Assembly: GCA_951406725.2 (NCBI GenBank)
Contig: OX597824.1
Location: 42,904,001-42,968,000 of the forward strand
DNA: 64,000 nucleotides
Direction: 5' to 3'
From: Octopus vulgaris
Lineage: Eukaryota
The notes under the pieces were generated by a model. The model was not told the origin of the DNA. It ran no database searches and saw nothing but the letters and a program-made list of their open reading frames with translations. Made by a program: the position numbers and the translations under genes. Numbering within the stretch: position 1 is the first letter of the stretch; every line of letters begins with the position of its first letter. Below, piece after piece: positions 1 through 12,404 of this stretch.

Positions 1-589
1 CTCTTTCTCTTTTGATACTGGCTGATTTCCGTTGAATTTTCTGTTCGATATTTTAACAATATTGTGCGTTTTAATTTTCCAACTCGGTATTTCGTGAGTT
101 TGAACCGTCTTACCACCGAATTGATGGATTTGGTATACAACCTAGACTTGATGCATTTTTCTTTTTATATATGAAGTGAAGCTGTCGGATGGTTATTCCG
201 ATCTTGAGACAACAGAACACAATGTTTCTCAGCGCCATGGTACCTTGGTTATAGCTTAGAATATTTCGTTTTCTATTTTTCCCCCAAGATTCTTGATGTG
301 AACTAGGGTGTTAAATACGTGAACGTAGAAACACGCCCTCACATCACGAGAAGAAACAACTCTATGGAATTCATCCACCAACATATGCCAAACACAACAG
401 ATTGATTGATTAACCAACTGATTAATAGGTTAGTTGGTTGAGTAGCTAACAACTGATGAATAATAATATAGAAGCGAAGTTGAACCGAGGCATGTGTTTA
501 GTATTGACGTAATGACCCTCCCGAGATACAAAGAAGTCTTTTTTAATATACGAGTTCCCATTAAGGATTTTGTAAACCAAATACAAAGA

Positions 590-1200
590 CCAAATATCAT
601 GTTGTGCTATGCCGTCTTTCATTGTTATGTTGTCTTGCATTGTTATGCTGTCTTGTATTGTTATGTTATACTCTGATGTCACATGCTATTCGTATTGCTT
701 TACATTGTGCTATGATGTGTTGTGTTCTATTATCTGATGTTGTGTTCTTTTATGATATACATATTGTATTTTATATTACATTCAGTTATGTTAAGTTCTC
801 ATGTTGCGTTGTGTTGTGTTACTGAGTTTGCTTTGCTGCGTTGTACTCGTGTTGTGCGATTTTTCTTTTGTCGTATTGTATTACGTTGCATGTGTTATGT
901 TGTACTACGTTGTGTTATATTACACTTTTGTGTTGTGCTCTGTTGAAGTTTTTCATTTTTTTTTTTTTTTTGCATTTTCGTGTTATGTTGTGTTGTGTTG
1001 TGTTGCGTTGTTTGATGTAGTGCTATATGTTGTTATGTTGTGATATATTGTACTGTAATACACTGTGTTTATTGTATTAAGTTGTAGTAGCGTATAGCGT
1101 TGTGCTGTGATTCTAAGCGACGTTATCTTGTGCTATGTTTTAACAGTGTCATGTAATGTTGTGTGAGTTGTTTGTGCCTGGTTGGTTGTGTTTTGCTAAG
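590..1200. repeat. Degenerate pentanucleotide (TGTTG/TGTTA)n low-complexity repeat; recurs at ~2020-2200, 2680-2830, 3680-3780, 3930-4210
   Basis: 5-bp periodicity (tgttgtgttgtgttg); the C/V/L/Y-rich ORFs here are by-products of the repeat. Confidence 0.75.
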
Positions 1201-1614
1201 ATTGTGTTCCATTTTAAACAAAAATTATCCAATAGATGAAACGTGGAAATTGTAAATTCAACCTGTATTCATTGTCAAAAATGAGTTCATCGAGCGCAAC
1301 GGCCCGATAGACAACAACAGGATAAAAAAAAAAAGCAAAAAAAACTAAGGCAGAATGTTGTTTTTTTTTTCTTTGTTTGGAAACGAGTTGTGAGAGATGT
1401 AAAGAAAGGAAGATAAATTCTCAATGTCAAATTACTTGTGAATGTTTCTAATTTCTTTCCTTTGTGTAGCCCTACAGAGATTAAACTGGTGAGAAAGAAA
1501 AGATATAGAGAGAAAGAGTGTGCACGAGCGCATGTATGCGCTAATTGGCTTTAAGGTTGGCCGAGACAAATGGGTAAATAGATAGAGAGAGACAGAGGAG
1601 GAAAGAGAGAGAGA

Positions 1615-1653
<39 letters not shown>

Positions 1654-2199
1654 AGGGAGAGAATTAGTATACATGATAAACTAACAACTGTTGATAAAAC
1701 CAACACCGAGCAGAGTAGCCAGTATCTCTAATTAATTCTTGAAAATGAGATTCCATATATAACCAGCGGTAGACTCTCAGGGGATAACTTACTAAGAAAC
1801 TGCTGAGCCTAGCTGATTGGCCTGTTTTAGCTAGTGGAAAAGCATATATATATATATACATATACATATACATACATACATACATACATACATACATACA
1901 TACACACACACACATATATATATATATATGTGTGTATATACATATACACACATACTTACATACACACATATATAAATAAATACATATAGACACTACGATA
2001 TGTGTATAACTGGATTTGTGTGTATGTGTCGTGTTGTGTTATGTATTGTGTGATGTGTCATATATTGTTGTCTTGTATTATACTTGTTAATTTGTTATGT
2101 TGTGCTGTGACTTGTAGAATTATTTCGTTTTGCCTGCAATTTGCTATGTTCTTTTATGTATTGTTATTCTGTGTTGTCCAGCGTTGTGTTATTTTTACA

Positions 2200-2670
2200 T
2201 TGTATTAAATGGTCATAAAATTTGGGTAATGGCCGAAAAATTACGATCACGTATACAAGTGGCCGAAATGGGGTTCCCCCGAATTGTCTTTAGAATAATG
2301 TTACTCGATAGAGTGCGAAGCTCGGAGATGAGGGAGTCTCTCCAAGTTGAGCCGCTACTTCTTCGTATTGAGACGTCACAGCTCCGTTACTACAGACATT
2401 TGAATACAAGTTGCAAGAAAGAATCGCAAGATGGATTCTTCAAGCTAAGACAACTGGCAGGAGAATTAATGGCAGGCCAAGAATAAGATGGTTAGATAAT
2501 ATCCACAGTCTCAGTTGGTCGTGCCTGGGAATCCAGTATAACGTCTAATGACAGTTGCTTCTGATATGACCCTAGGGAAGAGGTCCTTGAGGAGTCTACC
2601 TCCACGCTCTTCTCAGGAATAGAGAGCATAAAAAGGAGGAGGGATGGATGAACTGACGGACGGATGGATA
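2200..2670 (+). mobile_element. RTE-clade (Expander/Rex3-like) LINE 3' fragment, decayed
   Basis: ORF 2130-2486 reads GHKIWVMAEKLRSRIQVAEMGF..DRVRSSEMRESLQVEPLLLRIETSQLRYYRHL, typical of the post-RT region of RTE elements; ends in a (GGAT/GGAC)n tail. Confidence 0.85.
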
Positions 2671-2819
2671 TTTCAGTTGGTTGTGTATTGTTCTCTTATG
2701 CTAAGTTGCGTTGTGTTGTATAATGCAGTGTTGATTTGCATTTTTTCTGTTGTGTGTTGTGCCATGTCTGTTTATATGTTTGCTGCAATGTGTTAGACTG
2801 CATTATGCTGTACTGCGCT

Positions 2820-3293
2820 GTTGTTGTTCTTCTTCCAATCAGGCCTCACGCCATTAGCCACAAAGAATAATCTCTAATTCGAGCCTACTCTAAGCTACTA
2901 AGAATGCGTGCGGCAACGTGAAGATCCACCCACCACACGCGATAGACTGGCGGTTGCACGGGCGCGAAAGCTATGTTGTTATCCTCATTCCGTAAACGGT
3001 GGCTTAACGGGTGGAGAGCTGAACCATCCTGGGGTACAGAGGATTCGCAATCTAGACAAGGGTCTGGAAGTTTACCACACCATAGTGGATTACACCACGG
3101 TTCCTCTGCTTTGTGGCAGAAGTAGGAAGAGAGAGTGAGAGAAAGTTGTGGTGAAAGAGTACAGCGGGGTTCACCACCCTCCCCCGCCGGAGCCTCGTAG
3201 AGCTTAGGTGTTTTTGCTCAATAAACATTCACAATGCTCGGTCTGAGAATCGATACTGCGTTCTTACGACCGCGAGTCCGCCATTGCACCTCC
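2820..3293 (-). mobile_element. tRNA-derived SINE with family-A head and an alternative 3' body
   Basis: 3120-3293 matches the 5' half of the element at 6425-6808; the remainder is unrelated and ends in a GAA/CAA tail. Confidence 0.7.
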
Positions 3294-3314
3294 AATGCGC
3301 TGTTGTTGCGTTGT

Positions 3315-3480
3315 GAAGGCGCGTGTACAAGTAGCTAGAGTGTTCGGCTTTTGGTCATAGATTTATCGTGAGTTCAGTTCTTAGGACGCGTTTCGCGTTG
3401 TGTCTCTTAAGCAAGACACAGGCATATTATTTCACGTTACTCAAGATTACTTAACTAAAAACGAGTACCAGCCGAATATT
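3315..3480 (+). mobile_element. Degenerate tRNA-headed SINE
   Basis: tRNA-like head followed by cgttgtgtc.cttaagcaagacac..ttatttcacgtt, a motif shared with 8965, 22915, 37708 and 56365. Confidence 0.55.
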
Positions 3481-4816
3481 GATGCAGCTCTGTCTCCCAC
3501 CATTTAACATATTCTGGTGCCCAGCAGAGTCAAAAGTGAGAAGGAGCCACGAGAGTGTTTATGTCTGCTTACAACTACATAGGCATCTAAAACAAATAGC
3601 GAAAGCATGGTACATGCCACCACGCCATATTCGTCCGCGGGTAGCAGCTGACTATTTTTTTTTCCTTCGTAGTCTTGAGTTGTTATGTTGTGAGCTGTCG
3701 TTATAATGTGTTATATGGTTTTACATTGTGTTCTGTTTACATAGTGTTGTGTTGAAGTATAGAATTGTGTTACATTCAATGACAGAAATGGGGTTTAGGA
3801 ACTAGCAGTATTGTAAGATCCATGAAGCTGAAGTCAGGAAGCAGGGATTAGACGCTTTGCCGAATAACACAACACATTCGGTCTCTGAATCCTTCATTTC
3901 CGTTACTGATTAAGTTGTCTTAAGTGGAGTTATGCTATATCATATTGTGCTGAGTCGCCGTCACATTTCACATTATTGTGAGTTGTGTTGTATTATGTTG
4001 ATGTGCAACGTTCTATTGTATAAGGTCGTTGCTCTCTCTTATACACACACACACACAGAGACTGTGTCATTATTTCATTATTGTATTATTCTCTGTGATG
4101 TTATGTTATGTTATGTTATTTTGTATTACGCTGTGTTATGTTGTGAGGTGTTGTATTAGGCTGTGTTATGATGTTTGTGTTAATGTTGTGTTGTGTTTCC
4201 ATAGTTGTTGGCACAAATTAATCAATTTTGCCGTAGGCCTACAGCTTTTGGCTCTGGACCCAAACGCGTATCAATTCTGGCAACAGAACAGTAAGGTCAC
4301 TTCTGTTCTCCACAAAGCCAATAGAAAAGATGTTTGCGTGTATGTGCGTGTGTATGTGATAATGTAATTATCTGTGTACGTATGTGTGTCTGTGTCTATA
4401 TGAGAGCATACGTATGCTTTTTTTGTGTGCTGTTTTTTTTTATTGTAGGTGTTTTTTTTAATTCTTTTCCTTTTGTGCTTCTATTATGTCTGTGTGTGAT
4501 TGTCTATGTTTGGACATATGTATGCGTGCATGTGTATGCAATTGTGTGTTCGTTTATGTAAGTGTTTTATCAGTGTGTACGCGTTATGTGCTGCTCTCTC
4601 TCTCTATATATATATATTTGTATGTTTACCTTTGTGTTCTTTCTTTTCTCTGTTGATGTTTCACTGTTTTCACTGTTCGAATATCTATGAATGTAAATCT
4701 GTGCGTGTATGCGAGTGATTATTTGTGTGCTTCTGTCTGCGTGCTTATGGCCGAGTGTACATGTTATTTAGCATATTTTAGCCAGCTTAGCCAAGACCAA
4801 ACTGGAGCTTCAATGC

Positions 4817-4883
<67 letters not shown>

Positions 4884-5234
4884 CTATGACCAAGTTAAGC
4901 TGCGTTTCTTGCATCCCATTATATATATATATCTATTATTTATCTCCGTTTAACATTTGGCTGTGTACTGATGCGTTGTTTCTCAGAGAGCTTCTCTCTC
5001 TCTCTTTTTTTTTTTTCTCAGTGTTGCTTGCATTATAGTTCGTCTCAAGTATTGACGGTGAAACTGGATGGACGGAAACTATGTGAAAGGCTGTCGGATG
5101 GATTATACCAGTAATTCAAACGGTCCGGTTTCTTCAAGTAGAGTATCAAACTGATTCTCATTGATAATTTATGGACACGTCTGTCTGTGGAATTACTCAA
5201 ACATTTGCCCAGCTTGCCGCCTTATCTATTTGGT

Positions 5235-5462
5235 TAGGCGGCACGCTCGCAGAATCGTTAGCGCGCCGGTCAATATGCATAGCAGTATTTCCTCCGTCTT
5301 TACGTTCTGAGTGCAAATTCCTCTGAGGTTGACTCTGTCTTTCATCCTTTCGGGCTCAATGAAACAGTTACCAGTTGAGCAATGAAGCAGTTACCAGTAA
5401 TTGACTAGCCCCTACCGCAAAATTTCTAGCCTTGTGCGTATAGTAGAAAAGATTATTATTAT
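5235..5462 (+). mobile_element. SINE family C (tail type 1)
   Basis: gcagaatcgttagcgcgccgg head, ctttcatcctttcggg core, ccttgtgcgtatagtagaaaagattatt tail. Confidence 0.8.
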
Positions 5463-5464
5463 AA

Positions 5465-5830
5465 AGGTGAGCTGGCATAGCAGTACTACGTCTGTCGGAA
5501 CTTTTGATCTCAAATTCCGCTGAAGTCGAGCTCAAATTTCGTTGAAGTCGAGCTTAAATTCCGCCGATGTCGAGCTCAAATTCCGCCGAGGTCAAGCTCA
5601 AACTCTGCCGAGATCGAGCTCAAATTCCGCCGAGGTCAAGCTCAAATTCCGCCGAGATCGAGCTCAAATTCCGTCGAGGTCGAGCTCAAATTCCACCGAG
5701 GTTGCGCTCAAATAGCGCCTTTCATCTTTTTGTGGTTGATGAAATAATTACCAGTTGAGCACTGGAGGCGATGTAATTGACTTGTCCTCTCTCTCAGAAT
5801 TTCAGGTCTTGCGCCTCTAGCAGAAAAAAA
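5465..5830 (+). mobile_element. SINE family C with an internal 22-bp minisatellite expansion
   Basis: ggtgagctggca head; about 9 copies of CTCAAATTCCGCCGAGGTCGAG at 5509-5712; family C core and tail follow. Confidence 0.75.
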
Positions 5831-5914
5831 ATTTAACCAATAGGTATTTTGATTGATGGAACGGTTGAATAGCTATTGTCTTTAAAATAAATATGGATCC
5901 ATCATTATCGTTGC

Positions 5915-6102
5915 TGACATTATTATCGGCGGCGTCGGCATCGGCATCATCATCGTCGTCGTCGTCGTCGTCGTCGTCGTCATCATCGTTGTCATCGTCC
6001 TCATCGTCATCACCTTCTTCTTCTTTTTCTTCTTTTTCTTCTTCTTCTTCTTCTTCTTCTTCTTCTTCTTCTTCTTCTTCTTCTTCTTCTTCTTCTTCTT
6101 CC

Positions 6103-6156
<54 letters not shown>

Positions 6157-6166
6157 CATTATTATT
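5915..6166. repeat. Compound trinucleotide microsatellite (TCG/TCA/TCT/TTA)n
   Basis: Direct reading. Confidence 0.95.
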
Positions 6167-6424
6167 AATTACAAAATTTATTTTTTATATATGTATGTAT
6201 GCATGTTTCTGTTTGCGTGTGCGCGCAGACGCATGTGTCTGTGTTGCATTTATGGACGCGTTTTGTGCGGGAAATGTATTTTATCAATCTCCACTACCAC
6301 GGAAAAAAAATAAAATAAAATAGATAAATAAAATGAAAGGTTAAGTTGACGTCGTCGCGATTTGAACTAAGAACTTAAAGAGTTGGAAGAAATATCACAA
6401 GACATTTTTCTGACAGTCAAACAA

Positions 6425-6808
6425 TGGAAGCACTCCGTCGGTTACGACGACGAGGGTTCCGGTTGATCCGATCAACGGAACAGCCTGCTCGGGAAATTAA
6501 CATGTAAGTGGCTGAGCACTCCACAGACACGTGTACCCTTAACGTTGTTCTCGGGGATATTCAGCGTGACACAGAGAGTGACAAGGCCGGCCCTTTGAAA
6601 TACAGGTACAACAGAAACAGGAAGTAAGAGTGAGAGAAAGTTGTGGTGAAAGAGTACAGCAGGGATCACCACCATCCCTGCCGGAGCCTCGTGGAGCTTT
6701 TAGGTGTTTTCGCTCAATAAACACTCACAACGCCCGGTCTGGGAATCGAAACCGCGATCCTACGACCGCGAGTTCGCTGCCCTAACCACTGGGCCATTGC
6801 GCCTCCTA
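6425..6808 (-). mobile_element. Full-length tRNA(Arg)-like SINE family A (resembles octopus OR-type SINEs)
   Basis: Minus strand begins GGAGGCGCAATGGCCCAGTGGTTAGGGCAGCGAACTCGCGGTCGTAGGATCGCGGTTTCGATTCCC (A box, B box, TCG anticodon-like); partial copies at 3120, 56460, 58122, 63835. Confidence 0.85.
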
Positions 6809-6942
6809 GTCAAACAATACTGTCAGTGTTTCACCATAAATGAATTCATTGGTGAAACACATGACAACTCATATCATGACGTAACATAATACATGATACC
6901 ACATCACAGATATTGCGTCTGTATTTGTCATTGCGCGCGCGC

Positions 6943-6998
<56 letters not shown>

Positions 6999-7254
6999 TT
7001 ACACGTGAGTATGAGTTTGATTCTGGAGAAAGTGTTTCGAAAGAGATCGGGGAGATAAAATTCAAACAGGTTGGCGTGTGGTGTGAGCAGAAAAAAAAAG
7101 AAAAAAAGGAAAAAAAAACCAAACAAACAAACAAGCAAAAAAGAAAAAAAAACAACAACACAGACGTGGGTGGCAGTTAATGGATTTACGTGTGAGAGGC
7201 ATTTACAATCAGCGAGTTCAGGGATGAAGCAGAGGCGTTGCAGTAATGGGTCAA

Positions 7255-7272
7255 GACGACAACGACAACGTC

Positions 7273-7329
<57 letters not shown>

Positions 7330-7368
7330 GAAAAAGAAGAAGAAGAAGAATAAGAAGAAGAAGAGGAA

Positions 7369-7412
<44 letters not shown>

Positions 7413-8215
7413 GGATGATGATGATGAAGAAGAAGAAGAAGAAGAAGAAGAAGAAGAAGAAGAAGAAGAAGAAGAAGAAGAAGAAGAAGAAGAAGAAGAA
7501 GAAGAAGAAGAAGAAGAAGAAGAAGAAGAAGAAGGAGAAGAAGAAGAAGAAGAAGAAGAAGAAGAAGAAGGAGAAGAAGAAGAAGAAGAAGAAGAAGAAG
7601 AAGAAGAAGAAGAAGAAGAAGAAGAAGAAGAAGAAGAAGAAGAAGAAGAAGAAGAAAATGATGATGATGATGATGATGAAGAATAAGATGAAGATGATGA
7701 CGTCTAGGATGACGGCCTATGCGGTATTGAGGATGGTGAGAATGATGAGGATAAGGACAACGACATAATAGTAATGATGAGATGACAATTAATTATGACA
7801 ACTAAAATGCCGATGGTAATGACAATGGCCATGCTCTTATACTGTTGTTGATTTTGTTTTTGTTGTTGTTGTCGTTGTTATTGCTGCTATTGCTGTTTTT
7901 GGTGGTGGTGGTGGTGGTGGTGGTGATGCTGCTGCTGCTATTTCTGAAAGTAATGACGATGATAATGTCGATGATAATGACGATGGTAAAAGATACTGGC
8001 GATGAAACCCATGACGGCGAGGATTTTGAGCACGAGATTCATGATAATGATGACATCGATGATGATGTTGACATCGACGACAAAGAAGGTGATGATGATG
8101 ATGATGATAATGATGATGATGATGATGATGATAATGATGATGATGATGATGATGATAATGATGATGATGATGAAGACGACGACGACGACATTGACGATGA
8201 CCACGACGACGATGA
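7255..8215. repeat. Compound (GAT)n/(GAA)n/(GGT)n/(GAC)n microsatellite field
   Basis: Direct reading; source of the poly-M/K/D ORFs. Confidence 0.95.
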
Positions 8216-8282
8216 TTATTTTTGCTTTACTAATTATTCGATCTCAAAAATTTTCATGCAATCATTTATGTGACCGCTTATT

Positions 8283-8390
8283 GACCACGTGACATCAATT
8301 TGCTTCTACTTGCTGATCACGTGACATCACTTTGTTTCTAGTTGCCGGTCACGGGATTTACAATTTTGGAATCGGTTGCTGATCACGTGT
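8283..8390. repeat. ~32-bp degenerate tandem repeat, each unit carrying a CACGTG-type E-box
   Basis: CACGTG at 8286, 8318 and 8384, CACGGG at 8350. Confidence 0.6.
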
Positions 8391-8964
8391 CTTAAAATAT
8401 CTTCCTCAAGAGTTTTGCATCGACAAAGCTGTATTGTTGAACACCACGTCGGATTGGAAGAGAAATCCGATGATCGACTTTCTAGGGTATCAGCCGTTTG
8501 CATCAGGGCACCACTGTCGCATGCTGTGCAGTCTCATGTAACCCAATCTGCCCAACTTTGGACAGGTCTTCTTCTGGTCTTCTTCTTCTTCTTCTTCTTC
8601 TTCTCCTCCTCGTCCTCGTCCTCCTCCTCCTCCTCCTCCTCCTTCTTCTTCTTCTTCTTCTTCTTCTTCTTCTTCTTCTTCTTGGTTTATAATTTCCACT
8701 GTCTTCTAATAGATAGGCGGTAGAAGAGTTGTGAGAACTCAAAGGTGGGGAAAAGTGGTGGAGACAACTTGTCGTGTTTAATAAAAATTAAAATCTTCTT
8801 TCTAACTTGTTAATTCTGTCAAATACCATGGAAAAGAATGATGAGTTAAATGGCTGCAAAAATTTCATTAATAAAGAGAAGGTGGGGAGGCACAACATTT
8901 CACTGATATTTTGGTGGTGGTGGTGGAATGTCGGTATTAGTAAATTTGGGAAACGGTAAATTAT

Positions 8965-9210
8965 AGGTAGTGGCTTAGTGGTTAGGGTGTTGGACTCATA
9001 ATCATAAGATTGTGTTTTCGAATTCTGGAGCGGGCGATGTGTTGTGTTCTTGAGCAAAACACTTCATTTCAGTTTGCTCCTGTCCACTCAGCTAGTAAAA
9101 TGAATAATCTTGTGACAGACCAGTGTACCATCCAGGTAAGGAATACATATGCCATGGAAACTGGGAAACCGGTCCTTTGAGTTTATACAACACGGGAAAG
9201 AACTTTATCA
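8965..9210 (+). mobile_element. tRNA-headed SINE (degenerate)
   Basis: gtggcttagtggttagggtgttggactca...ttcgaattc head followed by ttgtgttcttgagcaaaacact core. Confidence 0.75.
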
Positions 9211-9319
9211 GTATATGTACAGAAATCGACATAAATAAGTACCAGTTGAGCATTGGGGGGTCAATGTAATCAAATTAACTACTCCTGAGGAGAGTATATA
9301 AAAACAAAACTGATCCCCT

Positions 9320-9492
9320 CTGCCAAGCCATGTCGAGCTAATGTAGCAGAGTAGGCTCATCCAACCAGTATGATCTCACGCTTAAATTCATGGCCTTCAC
9401 ATCAGACCATGGCTGGCGGAGAGAACACGCTGAGGCCTTCGCTCTGCAAGGGACTGAACATAGGCGATCAAATCCAACCCGATCCAATCCAA
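9320..9492 (+). mobile_element. RTE LINE extreme 3' end
   Basis: Translates WRREHAEAFALQGTE (RTE C-terminal WR..EA..Q motif) followed by an (AATCC)n-like tail; second copy inverted at 57607-57745. Confidence 0.6.
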
Positions 9493-9803
9493 AATCAACT
9501 CCAGTATTTAACTGGGGTTTTATCTTATTATCACACAACCAGCCGTCCTGGAAAGATGAAAAGCAAAGTTAACCACGGTAAAGTTTGAATTCAGTCAGCT
9601 ATTTTCTCCGACGCTATATCAAATTCTGCCATTGATCTAAATGGGTATAACACGGTGAGAACGAGAGCAGTTTTTAAAGGTAGTAATTAGAAGAGGAGAA
9701 GGAGGAGGGAGGAAATTGGAAGTAGGAAGAGGGAGCATAAGGAAGAAGAGAGGGCCTTTGGAGGAGGAGAGGGGGATTAGGAGAAGGGACACACACACAC
9801 TCA

Positions 9804-9933
<130 letters not shown>

Positions 9934-9959
9934 CATATATATACATATACATATATAGT

Positions 9960-10664
9960 ATACATTTGGTTTTTCTGAGACGAGAAAAATTTCTGCCAGC
10001 ATTAGATAGTGAACACACAGAACAACCGTTGGCTTGCGGTTCTCCCCAAAACATGTACCGAGGATGATAAAAATCAAACATCCAGTCAACATCATGGAAT
10101 TTTGAGTGATCACAAGTGATTGCGACGTTATGCCCCCATTCACCTTCCCACACGGCCTCAGACTCAACAGGGAGGCCTACATCAAGTGCCTGGAGGACCT
10201 AGTGCTTCCCTGGTTGAATAGGGTGACTGCTAGAAGACCCTATGTCTGGCAACAGGACTCTGCACCATGCCACACAAGCAGGTGAATCCAGTCATAACTG
10301 TCAGACAATTTCTGAGACCACACGACCCCTAACATTTGACCACCTAGCTTCTCTGACTGCAATCCCCTTGATTATTATGTGTGAGGTACAGTTGAGCGAG
10401 AGACCAGCAAAACTCTTTGTAACACCAAAGATGAACTGAAGGCAAGGATTATGGCAGCATTCACCAACTTAAATAAGATCTGAAGAAGATTCCGAAGTCG
10501 TCTAGCGGTCGTGGTTAAAGCCAATGGCGATTTTATTGAATAAATTCATTCTTTAGTATTGCAAGATATTTTTATGTAATTTTGGTAAATATATCTGTTA
10601 AAATGAGATGTCATTGTTATTTTCATTTTTGCCGTAATTGAAACAATTTATTCACCCCACCCTG
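9960..10664 (+). mobile_element. Tc1/mariner DD37D (maT-type) transposon, 3' half, pseudogenised
   Basis: Manual translation gives WFF..DEKNF..NTQNNRW..VWQQDSAPCH-(37 aa between the Asp residues)-SDCNPLDYY..VVKANGDFIE*; right end TTCACCCCACCCTG followed by TA. Confidence 0.9.
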
Positions 10665-10819
10665 TATATATATAATAATAAATGAAAAATGTACTAAAAA
10701 ACGTACACATAGGACAGACAGAGAAGGACCCTAATTCTTCTTCGGTTATCTACCGAAATACTAATAACACAGTTTCATGCCTTTAACGATAATACTGAGA
10801 ACTCCATATTTGTTTTCGT

Positions 10820-11102
10820 TCGGCTTCCTTGTATGTCTCCTCTATCCTGTTTTTGTTCCCAACTTTGGCTCTCCATAAATCCCAAATTTTATTTTGGTAC
10901 TTATGAGAGCAACTGTCTTCGAAGACTCATATTGGCGTTCTTTGCTCGAAATGAGGAGTAGACAGACAGCCGACAACTGATGGAAAGTTATTCCTTATGT
11001 TACTTGTCCTCTTGTTTTCCATTTTTTCTCTCGTTGTTTGCGTATTGAACTCATTTATTTTCGTATTTCATGTTGTTTACTATTGGTGACGTCCTGTACC
11101 CA
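10820..11102 (+). mobile_element. Penelope-like terminal-repeat remnant, family P
   Basis: Homologous to 48251-48490; ends GACGTCCTGTACCC directly into (TA)n; carries hammerhead-like boxes. Confidence 0.65.
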
Positions 11103-11118
11103 TATATGTATATGTGTG

Positions 11119-11199
<81 letters not shown>

Positions 11200-11414
11200 T
11201 TATTTCTAAGTCTCTCTAAAGGAGACTACGGCAGCGGTACCGGATATTAATAGTTATCGCCAAGCTAATATGGCAGTCCATAAATATAGGACAAAAGCTG
11301 CCATTGATTAGCTCCAAGAGGCCATCGCCTCTAGTTAGCTATGTGACACACGAACCTGTGTCCATTATAACCTTCGAACAGTGGACGTCAGCCGCTTCAG
11401 CTTGCTGGTCAGGC

Positions 11415-11459
11415 CTCTGCAGTCTACTTTCAGAGTATTTGCCCTTTATCAATGCAGAG
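11415..11459 (-). ncRNA. Minimal type-I hammerhead motif (U3-A8 variant; stem III/cleavage site mutated)
   Basis: CTCTGCA TTGATAA AGGG CAAATA CTCT GAAAG TA GAC TGCAGAG, with a 7-bp stem I. Confidence 0.6.
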
Positions 11460-11828
11460 TAGCTGAAACCAGCAGGCTCGCTACTGACTGTCGAAGGATT
11501 ATTTATCTAAAGGTTATTTACCTAAAGGTTATTTACCTAAAGGTTATTTACCGAAGGTTATAATGGACACAGGTTCGTGTGTCACATAGCTAGCTAGAGG
11601 CGATGGCCTCTTGGAGCTAATCAACGGCAGCTTTCGTCCTATATTTATGGACTGCCATATTTGCTTGGCGATAACTATTAATATCCAGTACCGCTGTCGT
11701 AGTCTCCTTTAGAGAGACTTAGAAATAATAAAATTTCTATTGTTGAAAACCAGTGGATATATTCCACTGAATTTAGGTAAATAATCCTTCGAACAGACGG
11801 TCAGTAGCGAGCTTGCTGGGTTCGGCTA

Positions 11829-11872
11829 CTCTGCATTGATAAAGGGCAAATACCCTGAAACTAGTCTGAAGG
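11829..11872 (+). ncRNA. Minimal type-I hammerhead motif (U3-A8 variant)
   Basis: CTCTGCA TTGATAA AGGG CAAATA CCCT GAAAC TA GTC TGAAGG; palindromic stem III ACTAGT; GUC site. Confidence 0.7.
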
Positions 11873-12360
11873 TGCCTGACCAGCAAGTGGAATCGGCTGA
11901 CCTCCCCTGTTCGAAGTTTATAATGGACATAGGTTCGTGTGTCACATAGCTAACTAGAGGCGATGGCCTCTTGGAGCTAATCAACGACAGCTTTCGTCCT
12001 ATATTTATGGGCTGCCATATTAGCTTGGCGATAACTATTAATATATATATATATATGTATAATGAATGGGAGAAACGGAAACTGGATTTAGCAAGAATCT
12101 TTATTCGGCACAACGATCGTTTTGACCCATTCCTGCAACTTTCCCTTACGGGTAGGATATAGTTCATCTAGTTGTGTTACATCCATCAATACAGGGTGTG
12201 TCTAGTCGTTATGCTGAATAAACTCAAGGAACACTGCGAAATTCCTGACGTAGATCCAGTGACCATTATATCGTAATTGTGGTTGACATCAGGTAGCCTA
12301 AATGGTAAAAGTGCTCTAATCAGTATACTACTAGACATATACCCAAAGTCTAAATAATTA

Positions 12361-12404
<44 letters not shown>

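Larger units (their letters stand above)
11198..12045. mobile_element. Penelope-like remnant: one inverted plus two tandem partial copies
   Basis: 11198-11378 is the reverse complement of 11552-11730; 11225-11505 is the reverse complement of 11775-12045; 15-bp AAGGTTATTTACCTA repeats at the junction; flanked by (TA)n. Confidence 0.8.

Noticed and set aside
1-400. Possible UTR or exon at the window start
   Set aside because: Only a ~42-codon minus-strand ORF with no homology is visible, so the call is unsupported.
5509-5712. CRISPR-like array
   Set aside because: The units are contiguous with no spacers, are SINE-derived, sit in a eukaryotic context, and no cas genes are present.
6735-6808. 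tRNA-Arg gene (also 33610 and 58140)
   Set aside because: These are SINE heads that continue into SINE bodies, with no proper acceptor stem or terminator.
7274-7768. 164-aa poly-M/poly-K ORF and the many YI/CV/HT/poly-I ORFs
   Set aside because: They are translations of microsatellites with no domain content.
10250-10400. TGA at conserved Trp positions in the DD37D transposase, suggesting recoding
   Set aside because: TGG is used elsewhere, and TAA stops and indels are also present, so this is ordinary decay.
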